From: Candidatus Latescibacterota bacterium
Lineage (GTDB): Bacteria; Latescibacterota; UBA2968; UBA8231
Assembly (NCBI GenBank): GCA_965223905.1
Contig: CBDCXV010000011.1
Coordinates: forward strand, 544,001 to 608,000
Direction of reading: 5' to 3'
DNA length: 64,000 nucleotides
Shown: piece after piece, positions 49,604-59,681 of the stretch
Numbering within the stretch: the first letter of the stretch is position 1
How the letters are laid out: each line of letters starts with the position of its first letter
Notes under the pieces: generated by a model
Told to the model about the DNA's origin: nothing
Database searches by the model: none
The model's input: only the letters and a program-made list of their open reading frames with translations
Translations under genes and position numbers: made by a program

Positions 49604-49710
49604 CCACCGCCGGACCGCGGAAGCGTCTCCGCCGGTGGGGTGACTGTGCGCGGCGTCAGGTGTGATCGCGGCCTCGACCGATGGCGTGGAGGTTTTCTCG
49701 AAGAGGGGTG

Positions 49711-49779
49711 AAACTAGGCGCTTCCGGCCCCGGCTGTCAACGTGCCCGCTTTGCCGAGGACCATGCCTATGTCTATATT
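49711..49779. promoter_or_regulatory. Back-to-back sigma70-like promoters
   Basis: Minus: TTGACA-N18-TAGTTT (49740-49711); plus: TTGCCG-N17-TATATT (49751-49779). Confidence 0.45.
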
Positions 49780-49874
49780 GTCGAAAGAGTTAGGACAGTT
49801 TCAGTGCCCGGATTTCGAGTCGTGTACAGCCCCCCTTCGCAATCTCGGTTTTTTCCGCGATTTCCCTTTTTGCG

Positions 49875-50993
49875 GTGAGCAGGATCCTGGTTACGGGAGG
49901 CGCCGGATTCATCGGCTCCCACACGGTCGACCTCCTCGTCGAGCGCGGCTACGAGGTGCGCGTCCTCGACTGCCTGCAGCCCCGCGTCCATCCCGAGGGC
50001 TGGCCCGAATACCTGCCGGAGAAGGTCGAGAAGCTGCGCGGGGACGTCTGCGAAAGGGCGGATCTCGAAGCGGCCCTCGAAGGGGTCGACGGCGTATTCC
50101 ACCTCGCCGCCTACCAGGATTACATGCCGGACTTCAGCACCTTCTTCCGCGTCAACACGGTGAGCACGGCGCTGCTGTTCGAGATCATCGTCGCCAGGAA
50201 GCTGCCGGTCTCGAAGGTGGTGCTGGCATCGTCGCAGGCCGTGTACGGCGAGGGGACGTATTCCTGCGACGAGCACGGCCGCTTCCACCCGGTGGCGCGC
50301 GCCGCCGAAGCCCTGGCGCGAGGGGACTGGGAGATCCACTGCCCCGAATGCGGACGCACGGCAACCCCGCGCCCGATCGACGAGGCGGTGGTGAATCCGC
50401 ACACGGCCTACGGGATTTCGAAGTACGCACTCGAGATGACCGCTCTGAGCCTCGGCCGCAAGTACGGCATCCCGGTCGCCAACATGCGCTACTCGATCGT
50501 GCAGGGACCGCGCAACTCCTTTTTCAACGCCTATTCCGGCATCGCCCGCATCTTCACCCTGCGGCTGCTCAACGACCAGCCCCCGGTTTGTTACGAAGAC
50601 GGCAGGCAGCTTCGCGACTACGTGTACGTCGGCGACGTCGCCCGGGCCAACCTGCTCGCCTACGAGGACGAGCGCGCCGATTTCCAGTCCTTCAACGTAG
50701 CCGGACAGCGCGCCCACACGGTGGCGGAGGTGGCGGAGCTGTTGACGAACATCTGCGGCAAGCAGATCGAACCGGTTGTTTCGGGGGAATACCGTTTCGG
50801 GGACACCCGCCATACGGCCTCGTCCGCGGCCAAGCTCTCCCGGCTCGGGTGGCGCGCCGAGAAATCTCTCGAAGAGATCCTCTCCGCGTACGTCGACTGG
50901 GTGCGCCAGCGAGGTTCCGGGGGGGCGGATTTCTACGCCGGCAGCTCGCGGGAAATGCGCCGTCAGGGCATCTTGCGCACGGCGCGAGCCTGA
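49875..50993 (+). CDS. NAD-dependent nucleotide-sugar epimerase/dehydratase
   Basis: VTGGAGFIGS; ASSQAVYG; YGISK; DGRQLRDYVYV. Confidence 0.93.
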   Translation: MSRILVTGGAGFIGSHTVDLLVERGYEVRVLDCLQPRVHPEGWPEYLPEKVEKLRGDVCERADLEAALEGVDGVFHLAAYQDYMPDFSTFFRVNTVSTALLFEIIVARKLPVSKVVLASSQAVYGEGTYSCDEHGRFHPVARAAEALARGDWEIHCPECGRTATPRPIDEAVVNPHTAYGISKYALEMTALSLGRKYGIPVANMRYSIVQGPRNSFFNAYSGIARIFTLRLLNDQPPVCYEDGRQLRDYVYVGDVARANLLAYEDERADFQSFNVAGQRAHTVAEVAELLTNICGKQIEPVVSGEYRFGDTRHTASSAAKLSRLGWRAEKSLEEILSAYVDWVRQRGSGGADFYAGSSREMRRQGILRTARA

Positions 50994-51072
50994 CTTCTAT
51001 TCGATTTCGATCTCCAACCTCCCCCCCGGTCAGGGCGGAAGTCGCGACCGGCGTCACCATCGGATCCCGGGA

Positions 51073-52062
51073 TTGATCACTACCAGGGCCCCCCTCCGCA
51101 TCCCGCTGGGCGGAGGCGGCACCGACCTGCCTTCCTACTACCGCGAGCACGGCGGCTTCGTTCTCAGCGCGGGGATCGACAAGTACGTCTACATCCAGCT
51201 CAACAAGCTGCAGGTTGAGGAGTTCATCCGCGTCAAGTACTCGAAGACGGAACGGGTCGATCACCCCTCCGATATCGAGCATCCGCTGCTGCGCGAGTCG
51301 CTGCTCCACACCGGCACGAAGGGCGGCGTCGAGATCGGCGCCATGGCCGATCTCCCGGGCCGTACCGGCATGGGATCCTCCGGGGCCTTCACCGTGGCTC
51401 TGCTCGCCGCCCTTTACGAAAACAAGCTCGAACGCGTGCCGCGGCAGGAGCTGGCGGAGCAGGCACATCACGTCGAGGCGGTGCGCGCCGGGCAGCCCGC
51501 CGGCAAGCAGGACCACTACCTCGCCGCTTTCGGGGGGGTGACCCTTCTCGAGATCGATGCCGGCGGGGAGGTGGCGGTTTCCACCCTCGAGCTCGATCTG
51601 CACACGAGGGAGGAGCTGCGCAACAGCATGCTCCTCTTCTACACCGGCATCGAGCGCGAGAGCTTCGACCTGCTCAAGCAACAGGAGACCGACACCCGCA
51701 AGGGGAACGCGCAGGTCATCGACAGCCTCCACGAGGTCAAGCGGATCGGCCTCGAGATCAGGCAGGCCCTCGAGGGCGGCGAGCTCGACCGCTTCGGCGT
51801 CCTCCTCCACCGCCATTGGGAGACGAAGAAGCTGCGTTCGGGCAGGATGTCGAGCGGCGACATCGACAGGTGGTACGATTCGGGACGGGGCGCAGGCGCT
51901 CTGGGAGGCAAGCTGCTCGGTGCCGGCGGCGGCGGGTTCCTGATGTTCTTCTGCCCCGCGGAGCACCGCGGCGAATTGCGCCGGACCATGGCGGCCGAGG
52001 GGCTGCGCGAGATGCGCTACCAATTCGACAGGGAAGGCGCCAAAGTGCTCATGAATGCCTGA
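51073..52062 (+). CDS. hddA: D-glycero-D-manno-heptose 7-phosphate kinase (HddA-like GHMP kinase)
   Basis: TRAPLRIPLGGGGTD; TGMGSSG; GKQD; GGKLLGAGGGGF; TTG start assumed. Confidence 0.82.
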   Translation: MITTRAPLRIPLGGGGTDLPSYYREHGGFVLSAGIDKYVYIQLNKLQVEEFIRVKYSKTERVDHPSDIEHPLLRESLLHTGTKGGVEIGAMADLPGRTGMGSSGAFTVALLAALYENKLERVPRQELAEQAHHVEAVRAGQPAGKQDHYLAAFGGVTLLEIDAGGEVAVSTLELDLHTREELRNSMLLFYTGIERESFDLLKQQETDTRKGNAQVIDSLHEVKRIGLEIRQALEGGELDRFGVLLHRHWETKKLRSGRMSSGDIDRWYDSGRGAGALGGKLLGAGGGGFLMFFCPAEHRGELRRTMAAEGLREMRYQFDREGAKVLMNA

Positions 52063-52087
52063 GAAGGGGGCATTCGGGAAAAACGAC

Positions 52088-52687
52088 ATGGACAACAACG
52101 GCTACATTGAGGAGTACCTCGCGACCATGGCTGCGGTGATCGACGAGATGCCGCGGCAGGAGATCTCCGCGGCGATCGACATCCTGTTCGAGGCCTGGCA
52201 GAACTCTTCGACGGTGTACATCGCCGGCAACGGGGGCTCCTCCTCCACTGCCTCCCACTTCGCCTGCGACCTCGCCAAGTGGACGGCAGCAGCGGGCAAG
52301 AAGCGGTTCCGGGTCATGGCGCTGACCGACAACATGCCGATATACAGCGCCCTGATGAACGACGAGGGGCCGGCCTCGGTGTACGCCGAGCAGCTCGAGC
52401 CGTTCGTTGCCGCCGGGGACGTGCTCATACTCATCAGCGTTCACGGCGGTTCCGGCGAGGGGAACGCCGGCGCCTGGTCGCAGAACCTGCTGCGCGCCCT
52501 GGGGCTTGCGAGGGAACGCGGGGCCCGCACCATCGGCCTCAGCGGCTTCGACGGCGGCGCCCTGAAACGGATGTCCGACGTCTGCATCGTCGTCCCCATC
52601 GACTCGACGCCACAGGTGGAATCGTTCCACCTCGCCATGGAGCACCTCATATGCGACCGCTTGCGGGAGCGCATCTCGGAAGCCTGA
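52088..52687 (+). CDS. gmhA: Phosphoheptose isomerase (SIS domain)
   Basis: GNGGSSSTASHFACD; ISVHG; GFDGG; VESFH. Confidence 0.85.
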   Translation: MDNNGYIEEYLATMAAVIDEMPRQEISAAIDILFEAWQNSSTVYIAGNGGSSSTASHFACDLAKWTAAAGKKRFRVMALTDNMPIYSALMNDEGPASVYAEQLEPFVAAGDVLILISVHGGSGEGNAGAWSQNLLRALGLARERGARTIGLSGFDGGALKRMSDVCIVVPIDSTPQVESFHLAMEHLICDRLRERISEA

Positions 52688-52699
52688 AGGGACCTTCCC

Positions 52700-53365
52700 A
52701 TGGAATTGTTCATCGACACCGCCGACATCGAAGAAGCCCGCGGGGCCGCCTCACTCGGGGTGATCTCGGGAGTTACGACCAATCCCAAGCTGGCGGCCAC
52801 GGCCGAGCCGGGCAGCTTCGAGACCAGGGTCCGCGAAATCCTCGCCTGCTGCCCCGGGCCGGTCAGCGTCGAGGTGGTGGCCGAAGAGGTCGGGGAGATG
52901 CTGGCCGAAGCCGCGGAGTACGCCTCCTGGGATGGACGCATCGTCGTCAAGATCCCGATGTCGCTGGAGGGAGTCGAGGTCATCCACAAGCTCGAACGGG
53001 AGCGGGACATCCGCGTCAACGTCACCTGCATGATGAACTCGAGCCAGGCCCTGATGGCGATGATGGCCGGGGCGACCTACGTCAGCCTCTTCGTCGGCCG
53101 CATCAACGACCTCGGCAGCGATTCGGGCCACGCGATCGGAGAGACGGCCGAATTCATCGAACGGGGCGGGTTCAAGGCCCGCATCATCGCCGGCAGCATG
53201 CGCCAGGTGGGGGATATTCCCCGCGCCTTCCTCGCCGGGGCCCACATCGTCACAACTCCATTCAAGTTCCTGCCGCAAATGGTCCACCACCCGCGCACGA
53301 CCGAGACCATCCGGGAGTTCAAGGAGGCCTGGGACGAGGCACGCCGGAAAGGCGGCTTGTCCTGA
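52700..53365 (+). CDS. tal: Transaldolase (TalC/MipB type)
   Basis: FIDTAD; GVTTNP; VSVEV (Glu); VVKIP; SLFVGRI (Phe), the transaldolase rather than FSA signature. Confidence 0.88.
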   Translation: MELFIDTADIEEARGAASLGVISGVTTNPKLAATAEPGSFETRVREILACCPGPVSVEVVAEEVGEMLAEAAEYASWDGRIVVKIPMSLEGVEVIHKLERERDIRVNVTCMMNSSQALMAMMAGATYVSLFVGRINDLGSDSGHAIGETAEFIERGGFKARIIAGSMRQVGDIPRAFLAGAHIVTTPFKFLPQMVHHPRTTETIREFKEAWDEARRKGGLS

Positions 53366-53396
53366 CCTCCCCGAGCAGCTGGCCCAGGTGCGGTCC

Positions 53397-54242
53397 ATGA
53401 GCTCCCTGCAGATCGGCGACATCTCCGTTACCCATATCGACGGCGGCCGCTTCCGCCTCGACGGGGGCGCCATGTTCGGGGTCGTGCCGCGGCCCGTCTG
53501 GGAGCCGCTCTGCCCCACCGACGACCGCAACCGGATTCCGATGGCCTGCAACTGCCTGCTGCTCCGCTGCGCCGGCGAGTACCTGCTGGTGGAAACCGGG
53601 TGCGGGGACCGCTTCAGCGAGAAAGAGCGGGACATCTTCGCCATCGGCCCGGGACCCGCCCTCCTCGACAACCTGAGGGACGCGGGAGTGGAGAGCGACG
53701 AAATAACCCATGTCATCCTGACCCACCTCCATTTCGATCACGCCGCGGGCAGCCTGGCCGCGGCGGAGGACGGCAGCCTGCGCCCGGCCTTCGCCAATGC
53801 CGTGTACTGGGTCCAGAGGCGGGAGTTCGAGGACGCCCTGTCGGGGCGCAGCATCATGCGCACCAGCTACGCCGTCGCGGACCTGCGGCGCCTCGCCGAA
53901 AGCGGCCGGATGCGCTTTCTCGACGGCGACTCCGACATCACCGCCGGGGTCCGCACCTGCATCACCGGAGGCCATACCGCGGCTCATCAGGCCGTCGTCG
54001 TCGAGGATGCGGGGCAGACCCTCCTCTACCCCGGCGACCTGGTCCCGACGCGCCACCACCTGTCCCCCTACTGGATCATGGCCTACGACATGTACCCCCA
54101 CGATACCCTGCGGGAGAAGAAACGCTGGATCGAGGCGGCCTGCTCCGGCGAGTGGATCGTCGCCTGGGATCACGATCCCGACTCACCCTGGAGCACCCTG
54201 AGAAGGGATGGAAAGCGAGTCGTCGCCGAAGCGGCCTCCTGA
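53397..54242 (+). CDS. MBL-fold metallo-hydrolase (YtnP-like)
   Basis: LDGGAMFGVVP; THLHFDHAAG; GGHT; HDP. Confidence 0.9.
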   Translation: MSSLQIGDISVTHIDGGRFRLDGGAMFGVVPRPVWEPLCPTDDRNRIPMACNCLLLRCAGEYLLVETGCGDRFSEKERDIFAIGPGPALLDNLRDAGVESDEITHVILTHLHFDHAAGSLAAAEDGSLRPAFANAVYWVQRREFEDALSGRSIMRTSYAVADLRRLAESGRMRFLDGDSDITAGVRTCITGGHTAAHQAVVVEDAGQTLLYPGDLVPTRHHLSPYWIMAYDMYPHDTLREKKRWIEAACSGEWIVAWDHDPDSPWSTLRRDGKRVVAEAAS

Positions 54243-54256
54243 GGGGTTGTGGCGCA

Positions 54257-54285
54257 TTGTGCAGGGCTGGTGCATGCCCTATAAT
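54257..54285 (+). promoter_or_regulatory. Sigma70-like promoter
   Basis: TTGTGC-N17-TATAAT. Confidence 0.5.
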
Positions 54286-54321
54286 TGCGCCCGAAGGCGA
54301 ACGCGGTTCGCCGTCATAGCC

Positions 54322-54558
54322 ATGTCTTTCGAAGTCATCGACCTGTCCGACAAGCACCGCCACCTGCTCAACAAGCTCGGCGAGTTGATCCCGGATCTTA
54401 ACCCCGAGACGCCCGAATCCCTGCAGCGGATCTTCGGCCTCGGGTTGATCGCCCTGACGATGCAGATCACCAGCAAGGCGCGCGCACAGGACAAGGAAGA
54501 TCTGGTCGAGGAACTCGGAGAGCTCGCAAGGGAGATGGTCCAGGCCGAGAAATGGTAA
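54322..54558 (+). CDS. Hypothetical small helical protein
   Basis: 78-aa ORF with host-like codon usage behind a good promoter; no family recognised. Confidence 0.65.
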   Translation: MSFEVIDLSDKHRHLLNKLGELIPDLNPETPESLQRIFGLGLIALTMQITSKARAQDKEDLVEELGELAREMVQAEKW

Positions 54559-54699
54559 CCTCTTCCGGAGTCGAGGCGGCCGCCCCCTGAGCCGGCCACG
54601 AAACGGTCGCCTGAAAGAAGTCTCCCCGCTCCAGCGTAGACATCCGCTTACACCCGCTCGCTTCGCACCACCCCGCAACCTTACCGGCAACTCCCCCTG

Positions 54700-55482
54700 A
54701 TGAAACTGCCGAAAAGCTCAACTGAACTGTTCCGTCTCGATGGCAGGACCGCGCTGGTCACGGGGGCGAGCAAGGGCCTGGGAGAGGTGATGGCTACCGC
54801 CCTTTCCGGGGCCGGGGCCCAGGTCGCGGTCACCAGCCGCCACCTCGAGGAGCTGCAATCGACCGCTGAGGCGATCGAGGCCCACACCGGCAACCCGGTG
54901 TTCGCCATCGAAGCGGACGCCCGCGACCGCGCCCAGGTCGACGCCTCCGTCGCCGCGGTGTGCGATCGTTTCGGCACCATCGACATCCTCGTCAACAACG
55001 CCGGCATCAACATTCGCGGTCCGATCCTCGAGCTGAGCGACGAGCAGTGGCAGACCGTGCTCGATATCAACCTCAGCGGACCGTTCTACTACTGCCGAGC
55101 CGCTGGAGCGGCGATGGTCGAACGCGGGTTCGGGCGCGTCATCAACCTCGGCTCCACCCTCTCCTCCATTTCGATAGCGGGCCGCACTCCGTACGCTTCC
55201 AGCAAGGGGGGAATCGTGCAGCTTACGCGCACCCTCGCCCTGGAATGGGCGCGTTCCGGAATCACCGTCAACGCCATCTGTCCCGGACCGTTTGCGACCC
55301 CGATCAACGAGGTTCTGCTCAAGGACCCCGAAGCGGCGCGGCAGATGCAGTCCAAGGTCCCCATGGAACGCTGGGGCGATCCCGTCGAGCTGGCGACCGC
55401 GGTGCTGTACTTCGCCTCCCCCGCCTCCAGTTTTACGACCGGCTCGACCTTGCTGGTCGATGGCGGGTACGTCAGCTGGTAA
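54700..55482 (+). CDS. SDR oxidoreductase (gluconate 5-dehydrogenase-like)
   Basis: VTGASKGLG; NNAG; YASSK; VDGG. Confidence 0.92.
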   Translation: MKLPKSSTELFRLDGRTALVTGASKGLGEVMATALSGAGAQVAVTSRHLEELQSTAEAIEAHTGNPVFAIEADARDRAQVDASVAAVCDRFGTIDILVNNAGINIRGPILELSDEQWQTVLDINLSGPFYYCRAAGAAMVERGFGRVINLGSTLSSISIAGRTPYASSKGGIVQLTRTLALEWARSGITVNAICPGPFATPINEVLLKDPEAARQMQSKVPMERWGDPVELATAVLYFASPASSFTTGSTLLVDGGYVSW

Positions 55483-55498
55483 ATCTGACGGAATCCCG

Positions 55499-56314
55499 AT
55501 GCCGACAGCGGAACTGATAGCGGAAAGCCTGGCGTCTCCCCAGGGCCTGGCGTTCGATGCCGACGATCAGCTTTTCGTCGCCGAGTCCGGGGCCGGTCAG
55601 GTTACGAGGATATCCGAAAGGGGCAGGCTGACCCCTTTCGCCGAGAAAGGGGGGCGTCCGATGGGAATCGCCTTCGACGACTCGGGCGACCTCTTCGTAG
55701 CGGAGAGCGGCAGACATCACCTGCTGCGGGTGTCCCCTGACGAGGCGGTGGAGGTGTACGCCAGCCAGTGCCACGGCCGCCGCTTCTCCGGGCCGCGGGA
55801 TCTCTGTTTCACCCATGAAGGCGGAGTACTGTTCTGCGACACCGGCTCTACGGCCAACCGCGGATCGCTCTTCCACTGCGACCTCAAGGGAGAGGTCGAG
55901 CAGTTGGCGGGAGACCTCGCCTTTCCGGCGGGGCTGGTGCTGCTCGACGACGCGGTGACCCTGTTCGTCTTCGAGCAGGGTGCAGGGCGGATCGTCAGCT
56001 TCGAGCTGGAGGAAGACGGCAGCGCCCGGAACCGCGAGGTGTTCGTCGAACTTGGCGGCGGCGCACCCGGCTCCCTGCTGCTCGATTCCCACGGCATGCT
56101 GCTGGTGGGACAGGAAGGAGTCGGAATCTGCGTCGTCGACCCCGACGGGGCGATCGCCGACAGCTGGGAGATCCCCGGGCGGCATCCGACCGGGATGGCC
56201 TTCGGCGGCATCGACTTCGACCAGCTCTTCGTCAGCGAGGCCTCAGGGGCCGTCTACCGCCTGCAGCTCGACGAGCCCGGCCAGCGGCCGTTCGCCGGAC
56301 CCCGCTCGGTATAG
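55499..56314 (+). CDS. SMP-30/gluconolactonase-like beta-propeller
   Basis: PQGLAFD, PMGIAFD, PRDL, PAGL, PTGMAFGG blades. Confidence 0.8.
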   Translation: MPTAELIAESLASPQGLAFDADDQLFVAESGAGQVTRISERGRLTPFAEKGGRPMGIAFDDSGDLFVAESGRHHLLRVSPDEAVEVYASQCHGRRFSGPRDLCFTHEGGVLFCDTGSTANRGSLFHCDLKGEVEQLAGDLAFPAGLVLLDDAVTLFVFEQGAGRIVSFELEEDGSARNREVFVELGGGAPGSLLLDSHGMLLVGQEGVGICVVDPDGAIADSWEIPGRHPTGMAFGGIDFDQLFVSEASGAVYRLQLDEPGQRPFAGPRSV

Positions 56315-56426
56315 CCGCTCGAACCGGCCGGCGGCAAGACCCCTCTCTCCAGCCCATCTCCCGAGTTTTTCCGCGTGCAGGCCCGGGTGGCCTCCGTCCC
56401 TTTCAGCGTTCGTCCAGTTCCCTCCC

Positions 56427-57233
56427 TCAGGAAGGATCGTTGCGCAAGGCGCGCTTGCAGGCCATGCCGTAGAGGCGGGCGAACAGCCGCGGCGCGTGTC
56501 GCCGCACCCTGATGGCCTGTGCCGACAGCGCATCGGTGATCGACAACCTGCTCTTGCGGCGGATCGCGGCCGCAACCAGCTCCGCGGTCCGGGCGGCGCT
56601 CCTGGAGGGCAGCTGGTCGAAGCGCACCTCCGGGGTGCCGCTTATGGAGGCGAACTCGGAGCGCACCAGGCCGGGCTCGACGGTGGTGACGTCGATGTTG
56701 TCGGCCGCCAGTTCGTGCCTCAAGCTCTCGGCGAGCGCGGTGACGGCGAACTTGGTGCTGCCGTACACGGCGTGGTTCGGCGCCGGGAGCTCCCCGAGCA
56801 CGCTGGAGACGAAAACGAGATGTCCAGAACCCCGCGCCACCATCGCTGGCAGGAAGGCCCGGGTCACGTAGACAACCCCGGTCAGGTTGGTGCGGACAAC
56901 GGCGCCAAGTTCGGCCGGATCGGCTTGAACCAGAGGGCCCCAGGCGCCGCGCCCGGCGTTGTTGACGAGCACGTCGACATGGCCGAACTCGGCCGCCACC
57001 TGTTTTTCCACCTCTTCCACTTCATCCCAGTTCCCGACGTCGCAGACGCACTCGAGCGGCGGCGTGCCCCCGGCCTTCACAATCTCCCCGGCGAGACGAT
57101 GGAGGCGCTCCGCCCGCCTGGCGAGGAGAGTGAGGCGCGCGCCCTCCTGGGCGAGCTGAAGCGACAGGTGCCAGCCGATTCCCGAGCTCCCCCCGGTAAC
57201 GACCATGTGGCTGTCACGGAAAGAAGAACTCAA
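56427..57233 (-). CDS. SDR oxidoreductase
   Basis: VTGGSSGIG; NNAG; YGSTKFA. Confidence 0.92.
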   Translation of the reverse strand: MSSSFRDSHMVVTGGSSGIGWHLSLQLAQEGARLTLLARRAERLHRLAGEIVKAGGTPPLECVCDVGNWDEVEEVEKQVAAEFGHVDVLVNNAGRGAWGPLVQADPAELGAVVRTNLTGVVYVTRAFLPAMVARGSGHLVFVSSVLGELPAPNHAVYGSTKFAVTALAESLRHELAADNIDVTTVEPGLVRSEFASISGTPEVRFDQLPSRSAARTAELVAAAIRRKSRLSITDALSAQAIRVRRHAPRLFARLYGMACKRALRNDPS

Positions 57234-57445
57234 ACCTCATCTCCAGGAGAGCCGGGGCCGGTGAGGCCGCCGGGCAGCTGTCGCCGGGGCGCCTGACCGG
57301 CCACCCGGGCCCACTCCTTGCCCGCATGCGCGAAGGCTGCGGCTCCAGACTCCCATCCAACACTCATCAGCTCGCATGGTTCCCGATTTGGGAAATACAA
57401 CTGGATTATTTCCCATAATAGAAATATCTAATATAAATCATTTTA

Positions 57446-57458
57446 AATCAATCAGTTA
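57446..57458 (+). promoter_or_regulatory. IHF consensus site
   Basis: AATCAATCAGTTA = WATCAANNNNTTR with upstream AT tract. Confidence 0.6.
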
Positions 57459-57487
57459 CTACTCATGAGAAAATGGAATAGATCGTT

Positions 57488-57509
57488 TTTTTCTCACTAT
57501 TGAGAAAAA
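57488..57509. promoter_or_regulatory. Inverted repeat, candidate enhancer (UAS) for a sigma54 activator
   Basis: TTTTTCTCA-CTAT-TGAGAAAAA. Confidence 0.6.
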
Positions 57510-57542
57510 GTTCATCGCCGGAAGGATTCGGGTTTTATTTCC

Positions 57543-57555
57543 CAACTTATTGATT
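57543..57555 (-). promoter_or_regulatory. IHF consensus site between UAS and promoter
   Basis: Reverse complement AATCAATAAGTTG = WATCAANNNNTTR. Confidence 0.65.
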
Positions 57556-57586
57556 ATACTGGTCTTTGGAACCATTCGTGATACGG

Positions 57587-57602
57587 TGGCACAATCATTG
57601 CA
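57587..57602 (+). promoter_or_regulatory. Sigma54 (-24/-12) promoter of groESL
   Basis: TGGCAC-AATCA-TTGCA matches TGGCAC-N5-TTGCW with exact spacing. Confidence 0.75.
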
Positions 57603-57668
57603 TGTCAATTGTCCGCCACAACGGAAGGCCACGCGGCCTTCCCTACCCTAACCAAAGGAGACCAACTC

Positions 57669-59610
<1,942 letters not shown>

Positions 59611-59638
59611 CAGCGGGTCGCAGCGTTTCCCGGCAGTG

Positions 59639-59677
59639 GCGGGCGGGGGCTTCGGGCTCCCGCCCGCTTTGCTTTTT
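59639..59677 (+). terminator. Intrinsic terminator after groEL
   Basis: GCGGGCGGGGGC-TTCGG-GCTCCCGCCCGC followed by TTTGCTTTTT. Confidence 0.75.
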
Positions 59678-59681
59678 CCCC

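Noticed and set aside
54570-54615. Hammerhead ribozyme (CTGA...GAAA inside a stem)
   Set aside because: Lacks the CUGANGA core and the three-stem arrangement.
57580-57610. CIRCE operator upstream of groES
   Set aside because: No TTAGCACTC-N9-GAGTGCTAA; the GGCAC element fits sigma54 spacing instead.
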